Source: Eledone cirrhosa
Taxonomy: Eukaryota
DNA: 64,000 nt
Direction: 5' to 3'
NCBI GenBank assembly: GCA_964016885.1
Contig: OZ024745.1
Span: forward strand, 43,028,001 to 43,092,000
Positions 37,380 to 49,616 of this stretch are shown here, piece after piece. Within the stretch, counting starts at the first letter, position 1. The number at the start of each line of letters is the position of its first letter. A program made the position numbers and the translations under genes. The notes under the pieces are model-generated. The model saw nothing but the letters and a program-made list of their open reading frames with translations, was not told the origin of the DNA and searched no databases.

Positions 37380-37650
37380 ACTTTATTTCCCATGTTGCAA
37401 AATTTGTTTCTGATTGCATCATTGTAGCTAAAATACCAATTAAGTAGTTGTGCAATTTTCTTTCCAGGTGTGGTTTAAAAGTTTCACTTTTGTTTCATTT
37501 GAGACGAGATCTGCCATAAATACTAACTTAATAATCTTCCCTTGTGGATCACGTTCGAGTTCTTCCAAGTTACACTTGCCGACTTCTGAATTAATTTTGC
37601 TCAAAAAATTTCCAACTGATTTACCTTCGTCTTGTTGAAGCTGGTGCATT
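37380..37650 (-). mobile_element. Decayed LTR-retrotransposon (Gypsy-like) gag fragment
   Basis: LQQDEGKSVGNFLSKINSEVGKCNLEEL...IIKLVFMADLVSNETKVKLL resembles the gag major-homology region (Q..GESV..F...L......C). Confidence 0.55.
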
Positions 37651-39554
37651 ACTACACCAACTCCAGCAGTTCTTGCATCTAATTCAGCCTCCTGCCTTCC
37701 ATCAGTTACGAAAACGACCCAATATATTTGAACATCTCCACTTGCTTCAGTGGAACTCTACTCATATGCAGAGCACACTACACAAGCAGCAGCTTTATAC
37801 GATTAATTCACCACTTAGATTTTTCTCACAAACATTAACTTACAAATATTCAAATGAAACATCAACTATTTCAATGAAGGCAGTGAATTTGCAGGATTCT
37901 TAGAGCATTAGACAAAATGTTTTGCAGTATTTAGTTTTGGCCCTTTACATTCTGAATTCAAACCCTATGGAGGCTAACTTTGCCTTTCATCATTCTAGAG
38001 TAAAGTACTAATCAAGTAGTTGATTGATTTAATTAATTGATAATGGTGTCTCCCAGGCTTCTTTAAGCAAGAGACAATGGTTGAGAATCTTAAACAAGTC
38101 TTCATAGTGCTGCTTGATTTTTAAGTGTGGATGAGTAAATGCCAACAGCATTCCTGAGAGGAACAGTGAACTCAGGTACTATTTTAAAGACATAATAATT
38201 GAATCACTGCCACACAAATCCTATAATTAATGAGATATATAGCACATCCATCATCATGCAGCATGGCCGAATGGTTAAGAAGTTTGCTTCCCAATCATTA
38301 GACCTCAGGTTCAATTTTAGGCATGTATCATTTACCGTAGCCTCAGGTCAATGGAAACTGTTTGAAAGCCCATCAGATGGACTGTACCTATACTTTAAAA
38401 GGCCAGTCTTGTCAGACACTGTGTCATACTGAATCTTCTTGTGAATTACTTTAAGAGTAAATGTGTCTCTGGGTACATGTGTCTGTGCATTCTCAGTCCC
38501 TTACACATTAATTTCATAAGCAGTATTGCTCAAACAACTGCAATACTGGTGAAACCGATGTAAGTCCATTCTATTATCATACCCAACACAAGTAGACAAA
38601 GAAGATCAATTCCATCAGTCTGAAAGAGCATGCAAAGATTAGAGCTAATACCCAACTTCATCTGACTAACTTGTAAACAGAAACACACACTTTAAAATAG
38701 TGATGCTATTTTCTTAGTGTATCTTAGATGGTGCTAATGATGAAAATAAAATAAGTAGCTATGTAAGATAAAAGTTTTTAAGAATTTTATATGCTAAGAA
38801 GAGTGTATATAGTAAAAAGAAAAAATGAAAATATAGTTTTAGGAATGACAACATACAAATTAGAGAACAAGATTATTTTTATTGTAATAAAATTTGTTTT
38901 TCAAATTTGTTAAAGATAAATTGAAATTTAATTTCAAAAATTTTGATTTAGTCAGATTTTCAATTTAATTTTAAGTAATTTTGGTTCATTAAAACACTTT
39001 AGTTTCTTGAATTTGAAATTAAACCCCCTTTGCTCCCCAAATAAACAACAAAAAAATGAAAATAAAAAAAAAAAATGTATAAAATTTTTTATCACTGGTT
39101 GAAATCATTTAAAGTGTTTTTATAAAAATGCACAGACATTGAGGCAATGCAGTTGGTTGTGCTTGATAGCCTTCCAATTTATTTGAATGTTACTCAAAAC
39201 CAATCAAGAAATCAGGGACAAACAAGACTCACACTCCTTTACATAGAAATAATATGGAGTCAGAAATTCAATGCAAGTGTTATTGGTTTCCTTTTAATGA
39301 TCCATACATCCCTATATCTTAAGGGAAAGGAAAAACGAATGTTGTGATGTTCATGCCTGTTTTTTAAAAATATTAACAGCATGAGTAATGTGAACTCACA
39401 TCAACTAGAGCCCAAAATAGTTTTCCTTTATTTTATGTATTCATTCCATTTCTATCAAGTTACCAAAAAAAAGTTAAAACTTTTCTTAGAAAAAAATCAT
39501 TATTTAGAGAAATATAAAATTATCCTAAACCTCTGGACAGTGTCAGTATATGTT

Positions 39555-39609
39555 CTAAATTGCCTTAGGGCAATAACCTGGGCCTAAAGGTTCTGCTGGA
39601 ATGCCACGC
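39555..39609 (-). CDS. HEXA/HEXB: Beta-hexosaminidase last coding exon, RGIPAEPLGPGYCPKAI*
   Basis: TTTTAG acceptor; RG..A.P...G.C terminal motif; TAG stop at 39555-39557; AT-rich 3'UTR with AATAAA near 38880. Confidence 0.92.
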
Positions 39610-40122
39610 CTAAAATAAAATAAACATTAAGAGGAGAATATTTAAATCAAATACTCAGGAAATTTCAACACTTAAACAAGAAATTCATTAAAATAAACAA
39701 AAATATTTACTATTCTTGAGGGAAGAAATTGTATCTGTAGCATGTAGAGGTCAGCTAAAATTTCTGAATGGCAAAACAGACTAAAGGTTGCATATTTTGT
39801 TTGAATTCTTTGGTGGCACCAATGTTTAGAAACTGGTCTAACAGGATTTATAATTCTTATTTCTTTGGCAAGTGTTTGGAGTTCAAAAACAAGACCAATC
39901 AGAAATATTAAAATACTAGTGGACCAATGTTGTCAATTATGATGGCAATAATTTTAAGCATGTCAATTTTTGGAGTCTAGGATTGGTATGCCATGTATAC
40001 CAAGCTATCCTAGCTATCCCTAAAACATTTCATAACATGCAAATATTGATTTGTACTTCAGATGTATATGAAGCAAGTTTAAATTCAAGAATAGATGAAT
40101 ATAAAAAAACAGCAATTCTTAC

Positions 40123-40227
40123 CCATAAAGGCGACATCTATGATATTTTAAGCGATCCTCAGCAGAAGATGTATTTTTCACACTAGCAGCACTCCATAAT
40201 CGTTCAGCAACAGCAGATGCTCTTGGC
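40123..40227 (-). CDS. HEXA/HEXB: Beta-hexosaminidase exon, PRASAVAERLWSAASVKNTSSAEDRLKYHRCRLY
   Basis: 105-nt exon; PRA.AVAERLWS motif. Confidence 0.95.
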
Positions 40228-41562
40228 CTGTTTGTTTTTGTATTTTTTAAAAAGTAATAATTCATATATACAAGAGAAAAAATGTTTGCTACATGATATG
40301 AAAAAACAAACAAACAAACAGAAAATACATTAGACACAAGCAGACACCATAAGTAACAAACAAAACTAAGTACAATTTTGGAGAGATGAAAGATAGAAAT
40401 AGCTTCAGTATTGTTTTGATTCATAACAACGAGGCACTAATTTTGCCAAACAAAGGGTTCAGAGGCCCCTTTCAGTTGTGTTAAAACATGATAACCTCCC
40501 TAGTGCTGGTGTCATGATAGAATGCACTCAGTAGAGTGTGGGACAATAAGCAAGGTGTGGGATCCCGGCCTGTTTGTGAGGGTAGTAGACCCGTCTCAAT
40601 ACTGACTTTGTCTGAGAAGACCCATCCAACTTTTGCCAGCAGGGAAAGAGGACATTAAATGATAATGATGGTGGGAGAATCTTGGCTGGTTTTATTTTCT
40701 ATGCCAAAGACATATGCTAATTGTATGTTCAAAGATATATGTGTGTATACACCAATATTCATGTTTTTTCTGTAGTAGCACACATCAGTGCTTGACAATG
40801 TATATAAATGTAGGTAAATGCATACATGCAAATCATGTTTACATATTCATGAAAAACTGTGACATGATCAACATCACCATCACTGTTTAACATCTATTTT
40901 CCATGGGTTAAACAGGTTACCATGTATCAATGCCAGACTTATCAGATGACTATGTCTCACTCATACACTCTGTTTTGGCTTGATTTCTATATCTGGATGC
41001 CCTTCTTTAATGCCAACCCTTTTATATTGTGTACTGGGAGCTTTTTATCATGGCACCAGCAACACATTATAGAGGGAGTTGGGTCAATTTTATTGTGGCA
41101 TCAGCCTTACCCCATTATTACCCTAGGTTGTGCATTGTGTTTTTGGCTAGGTTGGGGAGGCATTGATAAGAGTTGGGTGGGCTAAGAATGAGAAGGGAGC
41201 TGTATATATGAATATAAACATTTAAGGATCTACAATCAATAATTTTTCTATTTTCAATACAAAGTGACAAATGAGAGTCTGTAAGTTGGGACAGAGGTGT
41301 TGGTTTGAAGAGCATTGGTTTTTCATCAATGTTTACACTCTTTGATGATAATAACTGGGGAAAGATATAAATACACACACACACAGAGGTCTACTGCTAC
41401 ATCCCAGTCAACAATACTCGTCGACTTATATCTCACTGTAATTATTGAAACTATTATCAAGGATGTAAGAGGTACAAGTTTTTTTTAAGTAGTTTAACTC
41501 TTAACATACTGTGAGGATCTAGCAGAAAATATCTTTAAAAAATTGTTTCTTAATGCAAATAT

Positions 41563-41762
41563 TCATAATGTTACATGGCAGTGAGACATGGGCATTGTGT
41601 GCAGAGGATCTGCGCCGACTGGAGAGGAACGAAGCATGCATGCTCCGCTGGATGTGTAATAGTAATATACGTGAACAGCAAAGCATAAATGAACTAAGTG
41701 AGAAATTAGGTATAAGAGGGATCAGATGCTGTTTACTCGAGAGAAGACTACGTTGGTATGGC
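41563..41762 (+). mobile_element. RTE LINE fragment
   Basis: MLHGSETWALCAEDLRRLERNE...RRLRWYG. Confidence 0.88.
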
Positions 41763-41868
41763 ACAAGGCTAAAAAATTTGGCAGGGAAGGGAAATTCAAT
41801 TAAATCCAGCCTTGTGCATTACTGGTGCATTATTTTATTGTCCCCTTAAGAATGAAAGGCAAAGCTAA

Positions 41869-42668
41869 TCATCATCATCATCATCATCATCATCACCGTT
41901 TTACGTCCGTTCTTCCACGCTAGCATGGGTTAGACGGGTTGTCCTGTTGTGGGCAGTGTCTGGTCAGCTGACCATGCCTTGCTCATACAGGAACTGATTT
42001 GGCTTGATTTCTACAGCTGGATGCCCTTCCTAACACCAACCTCATTTACAGTGAGTGCTGGGTGCTTTTTCGTGGTGCCTACACGTCCACTTTACAGTGT
42101 GGGCTGGGTGCTTTTTTGCCATGGCACCTCCATGACCACCTTGCGGTGGGGGGAGTGGGGGCATATTGTCTATATGCTTCAGCTTGTACCCATGGGAGGT
42201 CGGGTACTCTGTATTACTGCATGACGCCAGAGGTCACGGTCGTGTGTCATTGCCTTTGAGAGGTGTGATTGGGTAAGGTCGGCTTTTATCACCTCATCCC
42301 AGGTCATCTTGGGTCTCCCCACTCCGCGGTTTCCATCGACTTCTAGTGCTCCGCACCTTTTTATGCAGCTGCCATCCTTCATACGCATCACATGTCCATA
42401 CCAGCGCAACCGCCTCTCCTGCACACACCATTTGATTCCTCTTATGCTCAGTCTCTCTCTCAATTCATTTATGCTTTGTCGTTCACGTATATTACTATTA
42501 CACATCCATCGGAGCATGCAGGCTTCGTTTCTCTCTAATCTACGTAAGTCTTCCACCTTCAGCGCCCAGGTCTCACTACCATGCAACATCGCTGTTCGGA
42601 TACACGCATCATACAGTCTGCCTTTCATTCTGAGGGAGAAGCCTTTTGCAGCTAGCAGTGGTAATGTC
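41869..42668 (-). mobile_element. 5'-truncated RTE LINE nested in a Meta SINE
   Basis: 163-aa ORF 42179-42670 with RTE C-terminal motifs; (ATC)n tail at 41869. Confidence 0.93.
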
Positions 42669-42712
42669 AACAGGATTTGAACTCAGAATATAAAGGTCCA
42701 TAACTCTATGCT

Positions 42713-42941
42713 TTAACCCTTTAGCATTTAAACCGGCCATATCCAGCCAGAATTATCTCACCTCTTTCTGTTCAAACCAGCTGTAACCAACCACTCATAC
42801 TGACGTTAAGGTATTGTTCTCAAAATAAATAACATCAAAATCGCATAGATTCGATATTATGTGAAATAATTATATGAGGTAAATCCATTACCACGAAAAT
42901 ACAATAGTAAATATAGAGTAATGGAAATGCTAAAGAGTTAA
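42713..42941. mobile_element. TTAA MITE nested in a Meta SINE
   Basis: Reverse-orientation copy of 30081-30286. Confidence 0.8.
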
Positions 42942-43022
42942 AGCATGTTGTCCAGCACTCTACCAACACTGCCAATCCACCACTAGTTTTTATCCACAAT
43001 AAAGAATAGCTTCAATACTTAC

Positions 43023-43114
43023 CAAAGTCTAGAAAGTAGGTTGGTTTCATCAACATATTCTCCCCACATACAAACTTCACCTCCAATTACCAGATTTTTT
43101 TTGTTTACTAGTTC
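43023..43114 (-). CDS. HEXA/HEXB: Beta-hexosaminidase exon (G)[29 protein letters not shown](W), with apparent +1 frameshift in an A8 run
   Basis: [14 protein letters not shown] motif; exon is 92 nt whereas phase 1->2 continuity needs 91. Confidence 0.9.
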
Positions 43115-43185
43115 CTATGCAAATAAAAAGTCAAAATAAAAAGCATAAATAGAGACAAAAATATGCTAAATATTCTAAGATGTAA

Positions 43186-43411
43186 TTAACTTTTAACATA
43201 CTGTAATGATTTAGCAGAAAATATCTAAAAACACATTTGTTAATTCAAATGTTTATAGTATTTTTCCTACTGAACTGATCATTATAAACATTTACAGTAA
43301 ACTAAAGTAAAGATTTTAATTTTTCATGTGATGTAGTCATATTGCTGTTTTGTATTTTTCAAGAACATATTGCTAATGCAGTTTCATGTGGTACAGGACG
43401 TTAAGAGTTAA
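43186..43411. mobile_element. Second TTAA-flanked MITE family
   Basis: TTAACTTTTAACATACTGTA ... TACAGGACGTTAAGAGTTAA; partial copy at 41493-41565. Confidence 0.55.
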
Positions 43412-43505
43412 ATACTGGCATTTATTACAGCACTCAATTGTTTTTACCACTCCAACAATTATAATTAGTAAAATAATCTACTTGAATTCATTTAATATTA
43501 CTTAC

Positions 43506-43677
43506 CAGAAAAATTGTGTGGATCACATTTATAATATTTTTCCCAGTCAGATCCATATGAAATGTAGTTAAGGTACCAACATGATGAAAGCAAAACTTTA
43601 TAACCCATCTCTGTTACCTTAGCTAGTTCATTTTGGTAGCCACTTTTCCAAATATGCACCACAGTATCATTTTGAAC
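43506..43677 (-). CDS. HEXA/HEXB: Beta-hexosaminidase exon, [11 protein letters not shown]...[27 protein letters not shown](G)
   Basis: 172-nt exon, phase 0->1; WYL..ISYG.DW motif. Confidence 0.95.
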
Positions 43678-43789
43678 CTAAAAAGACATTACACATGCAT
43701 CAATGATTAGGATTAGAAAACAATGAACTTAATTCAAAGTAAATATTTCTATTTTTAAATGAGACCAAATTAAATTAAATGACAATAAA

Positions 43790-44148
43790 AGGGGTTGTTT
43801 ACATCTTCAACTGGGGATCATCTTCCACTTCTAAAATGACTTATATCCATTTGTAGATTGTTGGTTTCTTTGGGGCATACCCCCATAAACTTGCTCCAGA
43901 GCCTCAATGATTTGGCTGCACTTCCACCTTAGCTTCAACATGAATTTGATGTTTTGATGGAGGCCATGCTGCTGGAGCAGGTGCTGATTTCCGACTGGTA
44001 GCGCTGCATTGCAACATGCATTTAAGAGTTCATGTTAGAACATGTTATGACACATTAGAACGAGAACATACAGGTGCATTGAGATCAAAATCCCTGCATA
44101 TCAATTTTAGCTATGTACTGTTTCCACAAACGTTTTGAAGCCCCCTTG
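43790..44148 (-). mobile_element. Mariner (irritans/Hsmar2-like) 5' fragment
   Basis: TA followed by CAAGGGGGCTTCAAAACGTTTGTGGAAA TIR; NIKFMLKLRWKCSQIIEALEQVYG..PKKPTIYKWISHFRSGR helix-turn-helix remnant. Confidence 0.78.
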
Positions 44149-44152
44149 TATA

Positions 44153-44157
<5 letters not shown>

Positions 44158-44221
<64 letters not shown>

Positions 44222-44250
44222 AGAGAAGTGAGAGAGAGAGAGAGAGAGAG
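44158..44250. repeat. (AG)n microsatellite
   Basis: Direct inspection. Confidence 0.95.
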
Positions 44251-44261
44251 ATTGTACAAAC

Positions 44262-44334
44262 TTTAGCTAGGTTATCAACAACTTCTTGCCAGATTAGATA
44301 GTGCTTATTTCCCCGTGCAATGATGTCCAATATT
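44262..44334 (-). CDS. HEXA/HEXB: Beta-hexosaminidase exon, ILDIIARGNKHYLIWQEVVDNLAK
   Basis: 73-nt exon; WQEV.DN motif. Confidence 0.93.
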
Positions 44335-44406
44335 CTGAAATGTCAAAATTGAAAACATTCATTAATGTAAAACTTAACAAAATCAAAAAACAACTATATG
44401 TATATA

Positions 44407-44870
44407 TCATCATCATCACCATCATTGTTTTTACATCTGTTTTTCCACATTTGCATGGGTTGGATGGGACCTTTCAGCATAGCATTTCTCCACTCGCCAC
44501 ATTTCTTTGTCATCTCTTCTGTGTGTCTCAGTGATTTGAGGTCAGCTATCACAACCTCTGCCTAGGTCTTTCTTGGTCTACCTCTACTGTGATTTCCTTC
44601 CACTAGCATTTCCTGGCACTTCTTCACCCAACAATCATTGTCCATGCACATCACATGTCCATATCAACACAGTCTTCTTTCCTGCACACTATCTTGGATT
44701 CTTCTTAAATCCAGCATCTCACTCAACTCGTCCAAGCTCTGTCTTTCTCTCACATATACATTGTACATCCAGCCTCTGCATCTCCTCTGCAGTCACAGCC
44801 CATGTTTCACTACCATGGAGCATCACACTTCACACAGGTGTCATACAGCTGTCCTTTTGTATGTAGAGAG
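44407..44870 (-). mobile_element. Old RTE LINE 3' fragment
   Basis: Reverse complement resembles 46660-47220; (ATC)n tail. Confidence 0.75.
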
Positions 44871-45237
44871 AAACCTATATATATATATATATATATTATT
44901 AATAGTAATAAATGGAAAATATCACTATAGCATCATAAATATGATGCTATAGTGATATTTTCGATTTATTACAATTAATCGATTTATTACAATTAATAAT
45001 ATTATAATACTCCATAAAAATTTCTGTAGAGTGCTTCATATCTGTTATGAACATAACTCTGTTGAATATTCATCAACAAAGCATATAACTCATTGTTTAT
45101 ATATATACACACATACCCACATATATATTATATACACACACACACATATATACACACACACACACACACATATATATATACACACACACACATATATATA
45201 CATATATACACACACACACACACACATACACCCACAC

Positions 45238-46638
45238 CCACTTAGAAAACTAGGAGTAGATGAATGACTTGTGAAAGCTGTACAAGCCATGTATAGGGGA
45301 GCAGTCAGCAAAGTTAGAATTAGCAATGAGTATAGCGAGGAATTTAGCGTATAGGTCAGTGTCCACCAGGGCTCTGTTCTTAGCCCTCTCCTGTTCATCA
45401 TAGTCCTGCAGGCGGCGATAACAGAGGAGTTTAAGACTGGATGCCCATGGGAACTCCTGTATGCAGATGACCTCACACTTATAGCTGAATCTATGGTAGA
45501 ACTAGAGAAGAAATTCCAAACTTGGAAGCAGGGATTAGAAAGAAAGGGTCTCAAAGTCAACCTGACAAAGACTAAGGTCCTTGTAAGTAGACGAGAAAAC
45601 AGAACCCAGATCCTCTCAGGAAAATGGCTTTGCTCAGTATGTGGGTACACAAGAGATGTAGCGGGATCTCAGGAAGCTTAATTAAGGATGTAAGCTTCAC
45701 ATGTAGCAGCTGTGCTGGGACAGCAAGCAGCAAACAGCCACAGGAAACAAGTACCACCAATCTATGGGAGGGCTCTGTAGAAACAGTAGACAGCTTCTGC
45801 TACCTAGGTGACCGAATTAGCAGCGGAGGTGGGTGTTCGGAAAATACAATAACTAGGGTAAGAACGGGATGGAAGAAGTTCAGGGAGCTACTGCCACTGT
45901 TAGCTGCAAAAGGCTTTTCCCTCAAAATGAAAGGCAGACTGTATGATGCGTGTATACGAACAGCAATGTTACATGGTAGTGAGACCTGGGCGCTGTCTGT
46001 GGAAGACTTGCGTAGATTAGAAAGAAACGAAGCCTGCATGCTCTAATGGATGTGTAATATACACGAATGGCAAAGCATAAATGGATTGAGAGAGAGACTG
46101 AACATAAGAGGAATCAAATGGTGTGTGCAGGAGAGGCGGTTGCGTTGGTATGGACATGTGATGCGTGTGAAGGATGACAGCTGCATAAAAAGGTGCAGAG
46201 CACTAGAAGTCGATGGAAACCGCGGAGTGGGGAGACCCAAGAAGACCTGGGATGAGGTGATACAAGCCGACCTTACCCAATTACACCTCTCAAAGGCGAT
46301 GACACACGACCGTGACCTCTGGCGTCACGCAGTAATGCAGAAGACCCGACCCCCCCACGGGTACAAGCCGAAGCTGAACCATATAGACAATATACCCCCA
46401 CACCGTCCCATTGCAAAGTGGTCGTGGAGGTGCCACGGCAAAAAAGCACCCAGTACTCACTGTAAATGAGGTTGGTGTTAGGAAGGGCATCCAGCTGTAG
46501 AAATCAAGCCAGAATCAGTTCCCGTATGAGCAAGACAAGGTCAGCCGACCGGACACTGCCCACAACAGGACAACTCGTCTAACCCATGCTAGCGTGGAAG
46601 AATGGACGTAAAACGGTGATGATGATGATGATGATGAT
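45238..46638 (+). mobile_element. 5'-truncated RTE LINE (family A)
   Basis: HQGSVLSP, LLYADDL and RRLRWYGHVMR motifs; (GAT)n tail; several stops. Confidence 0.94.
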
Positions 46639-46659
46639 ACACACACACACACACATATA

Positions 46660-47221
46660 AGCCATAGTATCTAGAATAAGGACGGGTTGGCAGAAGTTTA
46701 GGGAGCTGCTTCCTCTGCTGACAAAGAAGGGTACCTCTCTGTGTATGAAAGGACGGTTATATGATGCCTGTGTGAAATGTGCGATGCTGCATGGTAGTGA
46801 GACATGAGCAGCAACTGCAGAGGATATGCGATGGCTGAAGAGAAATGAAGTAAGCATGCTCAGTTGGATGTGCAATGCCAATGTACGTGAACGACCAAGC
46901 ATAGATGAGTTGAGAGAGAAACTGTGTTTAAGAGGGATAAGTTGTAGTGTGCGGGAGTGAAGACTGCAATGGTATGGACATGTGATGCGCATGGAGGATG
47001 ACTGTTGGGTAAAGAAGTGCCAAGAAATGCCAGTAGAAGGAAGATGCAGTAGAGGAAGACCACAAAAAACATGGGTAGAGCTAGTGTGAGTAGACCTCAG
47101 ATTGCTGAAGCTCACGGTGGAGATAGCAAAAGACCATGACAAGTGGAGAGATGCTGTGCTGAATAGGACCCACCACACCCTTGCAAGCAGGGAAAAGCGG
47201 ATGTAAAATGATGATGATGAT
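46660..47221 (+). mobile_element. RTE LINE 3' fragment (family B, very short 3'UTR)
   Basis: MLHGSET and WYGHVMRM motifs; ends CCACACCCTTGCAAGCAGGGAAAAGCGGATGTAAAA(TGA)n. Confidence 0.85.
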
Positions 47222-47245
47222 ATATATTATTTTATATTATATTAT

Positions 47246-48027
47246 ACTAGCCGAATTACCTGCGCCTTGCTGCGTTCCAACATTTGTTTTGTAAGAAAAT
47301 GATGATTGATTTTAAATCAGTGATATAATTTATGGAGAAAAACTCTGCATTTCAATATTACTCAATGTAAAATGTAATGCATGAAAAATTGGAAAACATT
47401 ATTTTTTGTAATATATCAAATCAAAATTACATTATTAAATCTTATCCTTATTTTGTTTCTTGTAAATAATTTTTTTAAAAATATCAATTCAAAACTTTTG
47501 TGAATAGGCATCATATCTTGTCATTTACCTATGGTTTAAATTTCATATAAATCAAAGGGGAAAAATTTTCACCGGGGGTTTTGTGCCCCCAGAAACCCTT
47601 TGATTAAAATGAAATATACTTATCCAAGTACCCTGGGCAATGTAGTTTCAGAATATATATGGTTATGGGGTCTCTCTCCAAAACCATAGGAGTGGTTCGT
47701 GAAATCTTGTTCCATTTATTGGCCAAAATTTTCACTATAGGGGGTTTAACCCCCATTAGGGTGTCTTAATATTATTGAAATTTGCTGAAATTTTGTCATT
47801 TACCTATGGTTTAAATTTCATATAAATCGAAGGGAAAAAATTTTCAGCAGGGGTTTTGTGCCCCTGGGGAACCCTTTCATTAAAATGAAATATACTTATC
47901 CAAGTACCCTGGGCAATGTAGTTTCAGAATATATATGGTTATGGGGGTCTATCTCCAAAACCATAGGAGTAGTTCATGAACAAACAAACAAACAAGAATA
48001 CAACTTTATATATATATATATATAGAT
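47246..48027 (+). mobile_element. Non-autonomous Helitron-like (Lep1/HINE-type) element with internal tandem duplication
   Basis: Begins ACTAG followed by a GC-rich short hairpin; ends (CAAA)n...TTTATATATATAGAT; 47519-47703 duplicated at 47794-47979. Confidence 0.6.
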
Positions 48028-48249
48028 TTCCGTAGTGCAAGGGGGACCAATGTTGTCTTGCATATTGGTGCTGAGTCACTGTTTTGGAGTGTGCATACAT
48101 TCCAAGAATCAAGATGTAGTCGGTTCATTTTCTTCATATTCTTACAGCATATACTTGATAACCAGACAACTACATCTGGCTGCCAAGTTAGAAATGTGAC
48201 TAAGCAATGTTTAGGGAATCCACAAGCAGTTGAACTATGAAGTGTGGAG

Positions 48250-48845
48250 TTACTATGTGTATGAAGATGAATAGAGCGGGAAAGTGGTGGGGGTGGAGTA
48301 AATATTGGGAAGCATTCAACACCGAGGGCTCTGAGTGCCTTATAAACACAGGCATGCACACAAGTCATACAAGCACACACGCATCCTCAAGCAAGAGCCC
48401 CGGAAAGTGTGTGTGATGGTGTGTATATGACGGTTATTTGTGTGCTGAAGTATATATGTGTTGGGTGGTAGATACAGGTGTTCTGAATGTAAGTGTGTAT
48501 TGTGTGGTTGCTAGAGTTATGTGTGTGTATGTCTATGTGTTTGTGTGTGAGAGCAAGGATAAAGGGAGGTCATAGAAACTGTGTGTGTGTATGGTGGGGG
48601 AATTGAGTTCAATTTCGAAAGTAGTTCCAACGTGAAAAATTTAGTTCTACTCGGTTATGGTGAAAGTGACTGGGGATCTGTGTTGTAAAATGATGCCTGA
48701 GACAATGAGGTTTTGAGTAGAGTGGTTGGAGGAACAGAATTGATGTGTGACAGGGGATCTTTTCCAAGTCGTATGTCTCTCAGATGTTCTGCGAATCAGT
48801 CTGCCAGATGGTGGCCTGTATGACCCATGTATATAGAGGGCATTA
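48250..48845 (-). mobile_element. Penelope-like element 3' fragment (GIY-YIG endonuclease remnant and downstream region)
   Basis: PSIYMGHTGHHLAD*FAEHLRDIRLG resembles the PLE YIG.T.R.L..RF.EH motif. Confidence 0.7.
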
Positions 48846-49185
48846 AAAAAGTGATTTATAGGGTAACATTATTGAAAGAAGAACAAACTAACAAAAACTA
48901 CATCAACTACATCGTCATTGTTTAATGTTAATTCTCCATGCTTGTATAGGTTAGACACATTGCCACATACTGAGGCTAGACTAATCAGGTGATCACATCT
49001 CGTATGCTCTGTTTTTTTACTTGGTTTCTATGGCTAGATGCCTTTTCTAATGCTAACCACTTTACAGTATATAGTAGGAGCTTTTCTCATGGCATTAGTA
49101 CGACCACCTAACAGGGTGCTCTTTTGTTGTGACACCAGTAAGACATGTACTAAATATATAAAACATCATGAAACATAGTACTTAC

Positions 49186-49272
49186 TTCTGCATATAGTAT
49201 TGTTCTAGTTTATAATATGAAGTTCCAAATTTCATCTTTCGCATAAATTTAGATATATCAGGATTACTTTCC
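49186..49272 (-). CDS. HEXA/HEXB: Beta-hexosaminidase exon, ESNPDISKFMRKMKFGTSYYKLEQYYMQ
   Basis: 87-nt exon, phase 2->2; same size as human HEXA exon 9. Confidence 0.94.
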
Positions 49273-49616
49273 CTATAAAAAAAAAATTAAATTAAAAAGA
49301 TACTATAGTAAATGTTGATTTATATAGAACATGTCATCAAGTAATTACACGTTATTGAAGGGTTCTCATAATTTTGTCTTTTGCTATATATTCATGAATA
49401 TTCAAAGCATTTTGTAGGGAGCATGTTAGGTAGATATGAATATCATATAATCATAAATAGAAAGCTAATACTGTACAGATCATTATGAAAATTTGCAGTA
49501 TTAGAGTAAACACTTTCATTTTTAATATGATGCAGTCATTTGTACTTTGCAAAAATGTATTACTAATGTAGTTTCATGCAATACAGTGTGTAAAGAGTTA
49601 ACCTTCATTGTTCCAA

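Noticed and set aside
48190-48240. Degenerate hammerhead in the Penelope fragment (CTGCTTG...CTAAAC, minus strand)
   Set aside because: Core too diverged and stem I unsupported
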